Shown: piece after piece, positions 42,616 through 53,288 of the stretch | How positions within the stretch are numbered: the first letter of the stretch is position 1 | How the letters are laid out: each line of letters starts with the position of its first letter | Assembly: GCA_031262885.1 (NCBI GenBank) | Contig: JAISGV010000001.1 | Coordinates: forward strand, 822-64,821 | Source: Endomicrobium sp. | GTDB taxonomy: Bacteria > Elusimicrobiota > Endomicrobiia > Endomicrobiales > Endomicrobiaceae | Direction: 5' to 3' | DNA: 64,000 nucleotides | Program-made: the position numbers and the translations under genes | Notes under the pieces: generated by a model | The model's input: only the letters and a program-made list of their open reading frames with translations | The model's database searches: none | Told to the model about the DNA's origin: nothing

Positions 42616-44043
42616 GTGAGTAAATTAGTAGTAGTTAAAGTAAATTTATCAGAAATAAAAACAGCAATTATTGACAATGGCAAAATTGTTAATTTATTTA
42701 TAGACAGAAATTCAACAAACAAAATACTTAATAACATTTATATCGGTAAAATAAAAAATGTTGTTTATCCTCTTAATATAGCATTTGTTGATATTGGTTT
42801 TAATAAACCTGCATACTTAAATATAAACAAAAAGACTATTATAAAAACCGGCCAATCAATTATGGTGCAAGTATGTAAGGAACCACGAGAAAATAAGGGA
42901 GCTAAGTTGACTACTGATATTGTTATTCCTGGTAAATTCTTAGTATATGCTCCTTTTGGTAATATTTCAGGCATATCAAAAAATATTAAAAATAAGTTAA
43001 TAAAAAACAACTTAAAAAAAACAATCTCATCCTTAAAAAATAATCTTTTTTTGAAAGGTAGTATAATAATAAGAACTGAAGCAGAAAAAACAAGTGAATT
43101 AGAAATCAAAAAAGAAGCCAAATATATACTAAAACTTTGGAAGAGCATTAAATTAAAATTTAAAAATGCTAAGCAAATTAGTCTTATATATAAAGATTTA
43201 AGTGTTACTTTACAAGTAATAAGAGATTACTTAACAGAAGATATAACTTTTATATATGTTGATTCTTATAAAGAATTTAATATAATTTTTAATTTTTTAA
43301 GTTTTTTTTATCCAAAATATATTAAAAAACTTACATTTTATGATAATAAAATTCCTAGCCTAGAGATTATAAAACATAAAGTTGTTGATGAGATAAAAAA
43401 TTACTTCTTATCTAATAAAATAAGGCTAAAATCTGGCGGATATTTAATAATTCAAGAAAACGAATTTATTTGTACTATAGATGTAAATAGTGGAAATTTT
43501 ATTAAAGAAAAGACTAAAGAAAATATAGCTATTCTTATAAATACAGAAGCTGCAGAAGAAATAATGAGATTATTAAAACTAAGGAATATAGGTGGTATAA
43601 TTATTGTAGATTTTATTGATATGAAAGAAATTGAAAATAAAATTATTCTTATAAAAAAATTACGCAAATTGGCAAATATTGATAAAGCTAAAGTCAAAAT
43701 ATGTTCAATAACTAAATTGGGATTAGTTGAAATAACAAGAGAAAGAAAAACTAAGTCTATATTATTATCTATTGGAAATAAATGTAAAAAATGTAATGGA
43801 CTGGGGTTTGTATTATCTAATGAGTCTATTTTTATAAATGTATGTAATGAAATAGAAGAAAAATTAAAAATTAGTAATTATAATTACAATAAAATTATAA
43901 TAAGCTTTAGTGCTAATGAGTTGATTGAATATTTTAATATGAAAAAAAACGAAATAGAAAAACTATTCAAGATTAAAGTTAATATTAACAAAAAAATACT
44001 AAATAAATCATTAAAAAATAATTATGAAATTTTGTTAAAGTAA
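42616..44043 (+). CDS. rng: Ribonuclease E/G family (RNase G-like)
   Basis: S1 domain AFVDIG, IIIRT, IDVNSG, LRNIGGIIIVDFID, CKKC zinc link. Confidence 0.92.
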   Translation: MSKLVVVKVNLSEIKTAIIDNGKIVNLFIDRNSTNKILNNIYIGKIKNVVYPLNIAFVDIGFNKPAYLNINKKTIIKTGQSIMVQVCKEPRENKGAKLTTDIVIPGKFLVYAPFGNISGISKNIKNKLIKNNLKKTISSLKNNLFLKGSIIIRTEAEKTSELEIKKEAKYILKLWKSIKLKFKNAKQISLIYKDLSVTLQVIRDYLTEDITFIYVDSYKEFNIIFNFLSFFYPKYIKKLTFYDNKIPSLEIIKHKVVDEIKNYFLSNKIRLKSGGYLIIQENEFICTIDVNSGNFIKEKTKENIAILINTEAAEEIMRLLKLRNIGGIIIVDFIDMKEIENKIILIKKLRKLANIDKAKVKICSITKLGLVEITRERKTKSILLSIGNKCKKCNGLGFVLSNESIFINVCNEIEEKLKISNYNYNKIIISFSANELIEYFNMKKNEIEKLFKIKVNINKKILNKSLKNNYEILLK

Positions 44044-46089
44044 AGTTTCTGTATTATTTGCGAACTCATCATTACTATTTTCATTTTTTTCATTAATATT
44101 AGAAGTTTTATCTAATTCATCAGTTTCTTTGATTGGCTCAGTAATTGTATCAATAATTGTAGGCTTAATATATTTTTTTGGTTTTTTAAAATTAATTATA
44201 GGTTCAGAAGAAAGACTTTCTCTCATAAATTTAGTCCATATTGGACAAGCTATGTTGCCTCCAGTGGCATGTTTCCCTAAAGACATTGAACGATTATCAT
44301 AACCTATCCATACTCCAGATACTAATTGAGGTGTGTATCCTATAAACCAAACATCACTAGAATTATTAGTAGTACCCGTTTTTCCTGCACATGGTCTTCC
44401 AAGATTTTTTGCATATGACCCACTACCTTCACTAATAGCAGATTTTAACATATCTGTTATTATAAAACAGCTTTGTTTTGATAATACTTTTTTACTATTA
44501 GGTATGTTTTGTTCTAATACTTTTCCATTTTTATCAACTATTTTTTCTATTAAATAAGGTTCATGTTTTATTCCTTCTGAAGCAAAAACAGAAAATGCTG
44601 AAACCATTTCTTGTAATGTAACATCACTCGCTCCTAAAGCTAAAGAGAGTGAATTCGCAAGTGTAGTTGAAATACCTAATTTTCTAGCTAATTGTATAAC
44701 TTTATAAGGAGTTATTTTCATAATTAATTCTATAGTACACGTATTAATAGATAAAACTAGTGCTGTTTTTAAAGTTACTAATCCTTTATACTTGTTATTA
44801 TAATTTGTAGGTATCCAGATAGATTTTTGATTTATTTTAGAGTCTTTAGATATATTATTAATAATATTTTCATCTCGTGATACTAAACACCAATTATCAT
44901 TTTTATAAATAAATAACATGGGTTTATCAAGTAAAATAGTAGAAGGACTTAATCCATATTCTATGGCAGCAACGTATACAAAAGGCTTAAAAGAAGATCC
45001 TGGTTGTCGTTTTGCTTGAAAAGCCCTATTAAATTGAGATTCTTTAAAATTTCTTCCTCCAATCATTACTCTTATTGCTCCATTATTTGGATCTATAGCA
45101 ATTAAAGCTCCTTGTACTTTCACAGGCTTTTGTTTTAAAGTTATAAATTTTTTAAATTTTTCTTTATCAAAATTTAGCAAAGAATTTTCCATAATTTGTT
45201 CTGCTATTATTTGTTTTTTTATGTCAATTGTTGTATAAACTGAAAGACCTGATTTAAATAATGTTTCTTTTCCATATTTTGATTCTAGTATTATTCTTAT
45301 TAATTCTAAAAAATAATGTCCATTTGTAAACTTTTTTTTAAGTTTGTTTGTAAATTTTGTTTTAGAAGCTTGAAATTCTTGTTCTTTTGTAATATATCCT
45401 AATTTTTGCATTTTAGAAAGCACTAAATTTCTTCTAAGTATAGAAGCTTTTAGATTCTTAAAAGGATTATAATAATTTGGAGCCTTAGGTATACTTGCAA
45501 TTATGGCGCATTCAGATAAATTTAAATCTTGTACATTTTTATTAAAATAAGTTTTTGCAGCAGATTGTACTCCATAAGCTCCATTACCAAAATAAATTTG
45601 ATTTAAATAAAATTGCAAAATTTCATGTTTTGAATAATGTCTTTCAATTTGTATAGTTAATATTAATTCTTTGATTTTTCTTATAAAGGTTTTTTCATTA
45701 CTTAAAAATACAGTTTTTGCAAGTTGCTGAGTTATAGTAGAACCCCCTCCCATAATTTTTCTATGTAAAATCATTTTTAAAAAAGCTCTAATAATACCTT
45801 GAATAGAAATTCCACAATGACTAAAAAAATTTTTATCTTCTGCTGCTATAAAAGCATTTTGTAAATTTATAGGAATTTGTTTTATTGTTATAAGATTCCT
45901 TCTTTCTATAAAAAATTCTGAGATTAAGTTATTATTCTTATCATAAATCTTTGTAGATAAATATGGATTATAATTATCTAATTTGTATATAGAAGGGATA
46001 TTACTTAATAAGTAATATACAAAATAAATAGAGATTAACAGAATTAAAAACAAATACCTTTTCTTAATTGAATAAAGATATTTAAACAT
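44035..46089 (-). CDS. Class A penicillin-binding protein (PBP1A-type)
   Basis: AAEDKNF, GGSTITQQ, RKIKE, YLNQIYFG; QPGSSFKP, SIN, KTGT. Confidence 0.95.
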   Translation of the reverse strand: MFKYLYSIKKRYLFLILLISIYFVYYLLSNIPSIYKLDNYNPYLSTKIYDKNNNLISEFFIERRNLITIKQIPINLQNAFIAAEDKNFFSHCGISIQGIIRAFLKMILHRKIMGGGSTITQQLAKTVFLSNEKTFIRKIKELILTIQIERHYSKHEILQFYLNQIYFGNGAYGVQSAAKTYFNKNVQDLNLSECAIIASIPKAPNYYNPFKNLKASILRRNLVLSKMQKLGYITKEQEFQASKTKFTNKLKKKFTNGHYFLELIRIILESKYGKETLFKSGLSVYTTIDIKKQIIAEQIMENSLLNFDKEKFKKFITLKQKPVKVQGALIAIDPNNGAIRVMIGGRNFKESQFNRAFQAKRQPGSSFKPFVYVAAIEYGLSPSTILLDKPMLFIYKNDNWCLVSRDENIINNISKDSKINQKSIWIPTNYNNKYKGLVTLKTALVLSINTCTIELIMKITPYKVIQLARKLGISTTLANSLSLALGASDVTLQEMVSAFSVFASEGIKHEPYLIEKIVDKNGKVLEQNIPNSKKVLSKQSCFIITDMLKSAISEGSGSYAKNLGRPCAGKTGTTNNSSDVWFIGYTPQLVSGVWIGYDNRSMSLGKHATGGNIACPIWTKFMRESLSSEPIINFKKPKKYIKPTIIDTITEPIKETDELDKTSNINEKNENSNDEFANNTETLL

Positions 46090-46131
46090 AGCTAACTATT
46101 ATTATATTTTATAAATAAATATTTATGAAGA

Positions 46132-46160
46132 TTGCTAAATTACATAATTTAAGATATTAT
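46132..46160 (+). promoter_or_regulatory. Putative sigma70 promoter of DUF502-hisS
   Basis: TTGCTA-N17-TATTAT in a divergent intergenic region. Confidence 0.4.
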
Positions 46161-46205
46161 TTAAAAATTAAATTGCTTTAATTTAATTTTACGGAGTAAT
46201 ATAAA

Positions 46206-46820
46206 ATGACAAATATTAAAAAACATAATAGAATAAAAATTTTATTTAAAAAATATTTAATAACAGGATTAACTGTAATAATTCCTATTTGGATTACATT
46301 TTCCATAATAAATATTATATTAAAATGGGTTAGTGATTTTACTTTTCCAATACTTAATCATTTACTTTCTAATGGATATTATTTAATAAGAATTTTAAGT
46401 TTTTTAGTTTCTATTACAATTATAGTATTAACAGGATATATTGTAAATTTAGTAGTGGTAAAAAAACTTTTAGATAGAATAGAAATAATTTTTAAAAAAT
46501 TTCCTGTTTTAGGAATAATACATCCTGCAATAAAAAAACTTATGAATTTTTTATTTAACAATGAAAATATAAAAAATTTTAAAAAAGTAGTATTTGTAAA
46601 TTATCCAAACAAAAGTACTTACAGTATTGCATTCTTAACAGGAGAACAAATTATTAACGGTGAGAAATATTTATGTACGTTTATGCCAACTACGCCTAAT
46701 CCAACTACAGGATTTTTACTTATGTTTAAAGAAAATGAAGTTATTTATACAAATTATACTGTTGAACAAGCATTTGAAATTATTATATCTGTAGGAGTCA
46801 TAAACAATAATAACGTTTAA
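46206..46820 (+). CDS. DUF502 family membrane protein
   Basis: LITGL..IIPI.IT, two TMs, FMPTTPNPTTGFL, IISVG. Confidence 0.88.
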   Translation: MTNIKKHNRIKILFKKYLITGLTVIIPIWITFSIINIILKWVSDFTFPILNHLLSNGYYLIRILSFLVSITIIVLTGYIVNLVVVKKLLDRIEIIFKKFPVLGIIHPAIKKLMNFLFNNENIKNFKKVVFVNYPNKSTYSIAFLTGEQIINGEKYLCTFMPTTPNPTTGFLLMFKENEVIYTNYTVEQAFEIIISVGVINNNNV

Positions 46821-46841
46821 ATACAAAAAGGGTAATCTTAA

Positions 46842-48074
46842 ATGAAAATAAAATATAGAGCGTCAAGAGGAACACATGATATTTTTGGGGAAAATATTCT
46901 AGCAATGAATACATTAGAAACAAAAGCTAGAAACATTTTTAAAAGATATGGATTCGAAGAAATCAAAACTCCTATATTTGAAGAAACTGCTTTGTTTTTG
47001 CATTCGATTGGACAATCAACAGATATTGTAAATAAAGAATTATATACTTTTAATGATAAGAGTGGGAGAAGTTTGTCTTTACGTCCAGAAGGTACTACTT
47101 CTATTGTAAGATATTTTCTTGAAAATAAATTTGATCTCCTAAAAGATATAAAAAAAATGTTTTATATAGGAGAAATGTTTCGTTATGAAAGACCTCAATT
47201 AGATAGATACAGACAATTTAATCAAATAGGAGCTGAATTTTTTGGTAATTCTTCCCCTGCAGCTGATGCAGAAATTATAGTATTAGCTTTGGAGATTTTA
47301 TCTTCAATAGGAGTTAAAAATGTAAATGTACAAATAAATTCATTGGGTTGTAGAATTTGTAGACCTGCTTACAAAAATAAATTATTAGAATATTTAAAAT
47401 CAATAAAAGAATTATGTAAAAATTGTGAAAATAGATTAAAAATAAATCCATTAAGAATTCTTGATTGCAAAATAGACAAAATTAAAATGATAGATATCCC
47501 AAGTATCATAAAATACTTATGTAATAATTGTAAACATGATTTTGATATTTTAATGTCCTTACTTGATAGTATGAAATGCAAATACAAAGTTAATGAAAGA
47601 TTAGTAAGAGGCATTGATTATTATACCAAAACTGTTTTTGAAGTTTATTCCAAAAAAAAAAATAAAAAAGCTATTTTAGGTGGAGGAAGATATAATGATC
47701 TAATTAAAAATATTGGAGGAAAAGATACTAGCGCAGTAGGTTTCGCGTTAGGTTCTGAAAGAGTATTAACTTTAATTAAAGATTCATATGAGCCTAAACC
47801 TAGCGAAAAAATTTTTATAGCCATAGCTGATAAAGAACTTTTAAATGAAGCATTTGTCTTTCATATGAAAATGATAAAGCTAAGATTAAAACCTACTACA
47901 ATTTTCGGTCCTTTTAGTAACAAAAGTTTAACTAAACAATTAAAATTAGCAAATAAAATGAAAATTTTTAAGGTTATTATTTTTGCAAAAAAGGAATACA
48001 TTGCTAATAAAATTATATTTAGAAATATGAATACTAATACGCAAAAATTAATTCCAATTTCTAAAATAATATAA
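46842..48074 (+). CDS. hisS: Histidine--tRNA ligase
   Basis: RGTHD, LRPEGT, FRYERPQ, LVRGIDYY, GGGRY; Cys-rich insertion. Confidence 0.97.
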   Translation: MKIKYRASRGTHDIFGENILAMNTLETKARNIFKRYGFEEIKTPIFEETALFLHSIGQSTDIVNKELYTFNDKSGRSLSLRPEGTTSIVRYFLENKFDLLKDIKKMFYIGEMFRYERPQLDRYRQFNQIGAEFFGNSSPAADAEIIVLALEILSSIGVKNVNVQINSLGCRICRPAYKNKLLEYLKSIKELCKNCENRLKINPLRILDCKIDKIKMIDIPSIIKYLCNNCKHDFDILMSLLDSMKCKYKVNERLVRGIDYYTKTVFEVYSKKKNKKAILGGGRYNDLIKNIGGKDTSAVGFALGSERVLTLIKDSYEPKPSEKIFIAIADKELLNEAFVFHMKMIKLRLKPTTIFGPFSNKSLTKQLKLANKMKIFKVIIFAKKEYIANKIIFRNMNTNTQKLIPISKII

Positions 48075-48089
48075 TAATTAAATTCAAAT

Positions 48090-48119
48090 TTGCTTACGTA
48101 CTTTATAGTTTGTTAAAAT
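48090..48119 (+). promoter_or_regulatory. Putative extended -10 promoter, possibly giving a leaderless mRNA
   Basis: TTGCTT-N18 (ending TGT)-TAAAAT, 7 nt before ATG 48127; no SD. Confidence 0.4.
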
Positions 48120-48126
48120 TACTTGC

Positions 48127-48735
48127 ATGTTTGAAATTAAAATATCTTATGATGAATTACTTTCAAGATTAGGTTATTTGAAAACAAAAACTAAAATTAA
48201 ACAAAATTTACTAAATGTAATTGTAGAAATTATTAATCTAGCTAATAAGTTATTTGCTCCTAAAGTAGCTATAGCTTTTTCTAATGATATTCTTATTAAT
48301 GACGTTGTGTTCTTAAATAAAAAATTTAAAATTAAAAGTGATAATATAAAACAACTGCTAAATAATTGTTTTAAAGTATATGGTATATTTGTAACAGTAG
48401 GTAAAGCTTTAGATGATAAAATTAAAGATTTTGGTAAAAGGCGTGAATTTTGTGCTGCAGCTATATTAGATGCAGCAGGATCTGTTGCTGTAGAAAAAGT
48501 TATTAATATTGTGAATTTAAAAATTAAAAATTATGAAAATAAGAATGGAAATATATTAACAAGGAGATATTCTCCAGGTTACGGAGACTGGAAATTAGAA
48601 TCAAACAAAGATTTTTATAATTGGGTTGGAGCTAAAAAAATAGGAATAATTTTAAATGATTTTTATCAAATGAAACCTGAAAAATCTATTTCTGCGTTAA
48701 TAGGAGTAACTAAAAATTATAATACTATGGATTAA
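48127..48735 (+). CDS. Stand-alone B12-dependent methionine synthase activation (AdoMet-binding) domain
   Basis: RLGY, FVTVG, ILDAAGS.AVE, TRRYSPGYGDW, M.PEKSISALIG; directly upstream of metH. Confidence 0.85.
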   Translation: MFEIKISYDELLSRLGYLKTKTKIKQNLLNVIVEIINLANKLFAPKVAIAFSNDILINDVVFLNKKFKIKSDNIKQLLNNCFKVYGIFVTVGKALDDKIKDFGKRREFCAAAILDAAGSVAVEKVINIVNLKIKNYENKNGNILTRRYSPGYGDWKLESNKDFYNWVGAKKIGIILNDFYQMKPEKSISALIGVTKNYNTMD

Positions 48736-48761
48736 ATTAGCTTCTAAGGATATTAATTTAT

Positions 48762-51161
48762 ATGAATAAAACAGATTTTTTAAATATTTTAAAAGAAAAA
48801 GTTTTAATAATGGATGGAGCATATGGAACTGAACTTCAAAAAAGAAAATATTTAGATGATGTCAATATGGCCGAAGAATTAAATATTAAGTATCCAGATA
48901 GAATTTCTAATATTTATGCAGATTATATAAATGCAGGGGCAGATATAATACTTACAAATACGTTTAGCGCAAACTCTATAAAATTAAAACAATATGGTCT
49001 TATAAATAAAGCGAATGATATAATAGGTAATAGTATAGATTTAATAAAAAAAATTTCTAAGAATGTTATTATTGCAGGAGATATGTCTTCAGTAGGAGAA
49101 TATATTGAACCATTAGGTCCATTATGTTTCGATGAAGTATATGAAGCTTTTGCTTTTCAAGTAAAGATTTTAAAAAAGTATGGTATTGATATATTAGTTA
49201 TAGAAACTATGACTGAAATAAAAGAAACAAAAGCTGCTATTCTTGCAGCCAAAGATAATTTTAAAGGTGCAATTATTGTTCAAATGACATTTTCTAAAGA
49301 TGGGGTTACATCAACTGGGACCAGTTTAAATAGTTTTATTGCTTTATGTGAAGGGTTAGGTGTTGATGTTGTAGGATTAAATTGTTCAATAGGTTCAAAA
49401 GATTTATCTAGGTTAATCAAAATATTAAGTAAAGATACTTATTTACCTATATCGTTTAAACCTAATGCAGGAGTTCCAATACTAATTAATAAAACTACAT
49501 ATTTCCCAGAAACTTGCAAAACTTTTTTAAACTCATGTTTAAAAGCTTATTCCTATGGAGCTAATATTTTTGGAGGTTGTTGCGGAACAAATCCTAAATT
49601 TATAAAAACTGTAGCTAACATGTTAAAAAATAAGTTACCAAAAAAACGTTTAGCTAATGAGAAATATTTTCTTTCTTCAAGAATAAATGCTATTGATATT
49701 AATAAGATTAATAGGCCGATTATGATAGGAGAACGTATTAATCCTACAAATAGAAAAGAATTGCAAAAAGAATTAATGAAAGAAAATTTTGTATCTGTTA
49801 AAGATGAAGCTCGTTCTCAGGTAGCGTCAAATGTTACTTTATTAGATATAAATATGGGAGTTCCTGGAATTGACGAAGTAAAATTACTAAAAAATGCAAT
49901 AATCCAGATACAAGAAATAGTTAATGTGCCGTTTTGTATAGATTCTAGTAATGTTGAAGCTTTAAATGAAGCAATAAAAAATTATGCAGGAATACCTATA
50001 ATTAACTCTGTCAATGGAGAACAAAATAAATTAGAAACAATAATTCCTATAGCTAAACGTTATGGAACTAAACTTATTGCTCTTACAACAGACCAATTTG
50101 GAATTCCTGATACAGCAGAAAAGAGATTAAATATAGCTAAAAGAATTATAGGTTTTGCAAAAAAATTTGATTTTGAAATAGAAAACATCATTTTTGATTA
50201 TTTAGTATTAGCTGTTAGTTCTTCTCAAAAACAAATAAGAGAAACACTAAGAGCTATGGAAATGTCAAAAACAATTTATCCAAAATGTAAGCTAGTTTTA
50301 GGTATATCGAATGTTTCTTATGGATTGCCAAATAGGCAAATTCTTAATTCAACTTTCTTAAAAATGGCGATTAAATCTGGTTTGGATTTTGCAATTGTGA
50401 ACCCACATATGAATTGGAATACTTATAATAAACTTGCAGAAAATTTGTTTAAAAATGGAACTGCTGTAGATATGGATAATTATATTAGTAATTTTAGTGC
50501 ATTTAAGAAATGCACTAAAAAATGTGAAGATAAAAAATTACCTATAAATAAACAACTATACTTAGCTATTTTAAATGGAAGTTATGAAAATATAAAAGAA
50601 ATTGTAGGTGAGATTATTAAATTTGAAATTAATCCTTTTAAATTAGTAAATGAGGTAGTATTAAGTGCTTTAGAAGTTGTAGGTAAAAAATTTAGTTCAA
50701 AAGAGTTTTTTTTACCGCAAATAATTTTGTCAGCTAAAGCAGCACAGATAGCTTTTTCTACAGTAAAGGCTTCATTAAAACGAAAATGCAGTTCTGATAG
50801 TAAAAAAATAATAATGGCAACTGTTATGGGAGATATTCATGATATAGGAAAAAATATAGTTATAGCTGTTTTAGAAAGTTATGGTTTTGAAGTTATAGAT
50901 TTGGGAATAAATGTAGATGCTAAAACAATAATAAATAAAGCAAAGGAAATTAATCCAATTGTAATAGGCTTGTCCGCTCTCATGACAACAACTATGCCAG
51001 AAATGGAAACAGTTGTTAAACTAAGAAATAGTATGAAATTATCTGCAAAAATCATAATTGGAGGGGCAGCAGTTACGAAAGAATTTGCTAATGATATAGG
51101 AGCAGATGGCTACGCTTGTGATGCAATGGAAGCAGCTTTATATGTTAAAAAATTATTTTGA
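48762..51161 (+). CDS. metH: Cobalamin-dependent methionine synthase (Hcy, pterin, cap and B12 domains; no activation domain)
   Basis: DGAYGTEL, GLNCS, GGCCGT, IGERINPT, GISNVSYG, GDIHDIG, SALMT, IGGA. Confidence 0.94.
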   Translation: MNKTDFLNILKEKVLIMDGAYGTELQKRKYLDDVNMAEELNIKYPDRISNIYADYINAGADIILTNTFSANSIKLKQYGLINKANDIIGNSIDLIKKISKNVIIAGDMSSVGEYIEPLGPLCFDEVYEAFAFQVKILKKYGIDILVIETMTEIKETKAAILAAKDNFKGAIIVQMTFSKDGVTSTGTSLNSFIALCEGLGVDVVGLNCSIGSKDLSRLIKILSKDTYLPISFKPNAGVPILINKTTYFPETCKTFLNSCLKAYSYGANIFGGCCGTNPKFIKTVANMLKNKLPKKRLANEKYFLSSRINAIDINKINRPIMIGERINPTNRKELQKELMKENFVSVKDEARSQVASNVTLLDINMGVPGIDEVKLLKNAIIQIQEIVNVPFCIDSSNVEALNEAIKNYAGIPIINSVNGEQNKLETIIPIAKRYGTKLIALTTDQFGIPDTAEKRLNIAKRIIGFAKKFDFEIENIIFDYLVLAVSSSQKQIRETLRAMEMSKTIYPKCKLVLGISNVSYGLPNRQILNSTFLKMAIKSGLDFAIVNPHMNWNTYNKLAENLFKNGTAVDMDNYISNFSAFKKCTKKCEDKKLPINKQLYLAILNGSYENIKEIVGEIIKFEINPFKLVNEVVLSALEVVGKKFSSKEFFLPQIILSAKAAQIAFSTVKASLKRKCSSDSKKIIMATVMGDIHDIGKNIVIAVLESYGFEVIDLGINVDAKTIINKAKEINPIVIGLSALMTTTMPEMETVVKLRNSMKLSAKIIIGGAAVTKEFANDIGADGYACDAMEAALYVKKLF

Positions 51162-52091
51162 TAAATGCTGTTGCCAGTTAGGTTTTAGCATTTTTATAAT
51201 TGGTAAGTATGCTTTTCTTCTTATGTTTTCTGGTACTTTTACTATATTTTTCATATTATTCAAAGTATCTAGCACTTTAGATAAAGTTATTTTTTTCATA
51301 TTAGGACATATAGCAAGTGGGGATAAGGGATAAAAACTTTTTGTTGGATTGTCTTTTCTTAATTTATAAAGTATTCCTGTTTCTGTTCCTATAATAAATT
51401 CTTTTTTATTACAAGTTTTAATATATTTACACATACCACCAGTTGACATTACATGATTAGCTAAAGCAATAACTTCGTAACGACATTCAGGATGTACTAA
51501 AATTTCAGCTTTAGGAAATTTATTTTTGGCGAGTACAACATGATCTGGTAAAATAAAATTATTATGTGTAGGACAAAATCCATTCCAAATGAGCATTTTT
51601 TTTTTGCAAGTTTTTTGTACATAATTACCTAAATTCCTATCTGGTATAAAAATTATTTCTTTGTTAAATTGTATGATATTACTTATAATATCAATAGCAT
51701 TGGCAGAAGTACAACATATATCGCTTTCTGATTTTATAGAAGCTGAAGTATTTATATAGCTTACAACTAATGATTTTTCATTTTGTTGTTTTATTTTTTT
51801 TAATTTTTTCAAAGTTATCATTTCAGCCATAGGACATCCTGCATGTATATCTGGAATTAAAATTTTTTTATTTGGGTTTAGTATTGCAGCAGTCTCTGCC
51901 ATGAAATGTACTCCACAAAATACAATTACATCTGCATTAATCTGTGTTGCTTTCTTACTTAAATCTAAAGAATCTCCAATGAAATCTGCAATATCTTGTA
52001 TTTCTGGAAGTTGATAAATATGAGCTAGGATTACAGCATTTTTTTCTTTTTTTAATTTTTTTAATTCTTTTAATATTTTTTTATCAATCAT
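51153..52091 (-). CDS. nadA: Quinolinate synthase
   Basis: ILAH.YQ, GDS, FCGVHFMAE, GCPMA, YINT, CPTH, HPEC, CPNMK. Confidence 0.96.
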   Translation of the reverse strand: MIDKKILKELKKLKKEKNAVILAHIYQLPEIQDIADFIGDSLDLSKKATQINADVIVFCGVHFMAETAAILNPNKKILIPDIHAGCPMAEMITLKKLKKIKQQNEKSLVVSYINTSASIKSESDICCTSANAIDIISNIIQFNKEIIFIPDRNLGNYVQKTCKKKMLIWNGFCPTHNNFILPDHVVLAKNKFPKAEILVHPECRYEVIALANHVMSTGGMCKYIKTCNKKEFIIGTETGILYKLRKDNPTKSFYPLSPLAICPNMKKITLSKVLDTLNNMKNIVKVPENIRRKAYLPIIKMLKPNWQQHLSK

Positions 52092-52229
52092 AAACCATTC
52101 TTAAAAAAATTATTTACTATTTACTCTTGGTATTGTATAATAATTTTTTCTTTAATACAAAAATATATAACATATAATATATTGTATGTGCTTATAGGTA
52201 GTATAATTAATAGTAATAATCTAATTATA

Positions 52230-52493
52230 ATGATAAAATTTAAATTCAAGAGTTTAGTTTTTATTTCAGCCATTTTAATTTTAATTCTAAATAAAGGAAA
52301 TAGAACTCTTATAAGACGTATTTTTGAGTTAAACGAATTAAAAAATAAAATATCAATCATTAAGCAACAAAATTTAATTCTTAAAAAAAAATTATATTTC
52401 TTAAGAAAATCTCCAAAATATTTAAAGAGAGAAATATGTAATGAATTAAATGTTATAGCGCCTGGTGAGGTTGAATATAGATGGAGAATTTAA
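52230..52493 (+). CDS. Septum formation initiator (FtsB/DivIC family)
   Basis: Short TM, coiled coil, P.YL....EL....PGE..Y tail; start ATG 52230 or 52182. Confidence 0.75.
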   Translation: MIKFKFKSLVFISAILILILNKGNRTLIRRIFELNELKNKISIIKQQNLILKKKLYFLRKSPKYLKREICNELNVIAPGEVEYRWRI

Positions 52494-52524
52494 ATAACTA
52501 CATATAATAGGAGAAAATACTAAA

Positions 52525-52986
52525 ATGAAAATAACGGACTTTTTAAGTGAAGACACAATAATTATGAATTTAAATGCAAATAATAAAAGATTAGCTATAA
52601 TTGAATTATTAAATATTTTGAAAACTACAAAAAAATTAGAACCAATAGAGCCACTAGTTAATATAATTTTGAATAGAGAAAAATTAAGCTCTACAGGTAT
52701 AGGTCAGGGGATTGCTATACCACATGGTAAAATAAATACATTAAATAAACAAATAGGTATTCTAGGTATTTCACATAATGGGATTGATTTTAACTCTTTA
52801 GATGGAGAACTGGTTAATATAATATTTCTTTTAATAGGTCCAACAAATGATATTAGTCAACATTTAAAAGCTTTATCTAAAATTTCTTGGCTTTTAAAAG
52901 AAAAAGATACAAGACAAGCAATAGTTAAAGCAAAAACATGTTGCGATATATTAAATATAATAAATCAAAGAGATTTAATAATTTAA
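52525..52986 (+). CDS. PTS EIIA (Ntr/fructose-type)
   Basis: REKLSSTGIGQGIAIPHGK, FNSLDG, HLKALS. Confidence 0.92.
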   Translation: MKITDFLSEDTIIMNLNANNKRLAIIELLNILKTTKKLEPIEPLVNIILNREKLSSTGIGQGIAIPHGKINTLNKQIGILGISHNGIDFNSLDGELVNIIFLLIGPTNDISQHLKALSKISWLLKEKDTRQAIVKAKTCCDILNIINQRDLII

Positions 52987-53007
52987 ATTAAATCTTTAAA
53001 TAATAAA

Positions 53008-53277
53008 ATGATAGAGGTTAATATAACAATTTCAAATAAAATGGGGCTACATATTAGGGCTGCATCCCTATTTGTTCAAGCTGTAACTAAATATAAATCT
53101 ATTATTAAAATTATAAAAAATAATTTTGAAATAGATGGAAAAAGTATTATTAGTATTATACTCTTAGGAGTTGAATGTGGTTGCAAATTAAAGTTTATTA
53201 TTGATGGTCCAGACGAGACAGAAGTTTTATCAACAATAAAAAATTTATTTTCTTCTAAAGAAAATAGTAAAATCTAA
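53008..53277 (+). CDS. ptsH: Phosphocarrier protein HPr
   Basis: GLHIRAA (His15), DGKSII (Ser46), GPDE. Confidence 0.93.
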   Translation: MIEVNITISNKMGLHIRAASLFVQAVTKYKSIIKIIKNNFEIDGKSIISIILLGVECGCKLKFIIDGPDETEVLSTIKNLFSSKENSKI

Positions 53278-53288
53278 TTGTTAATTGA

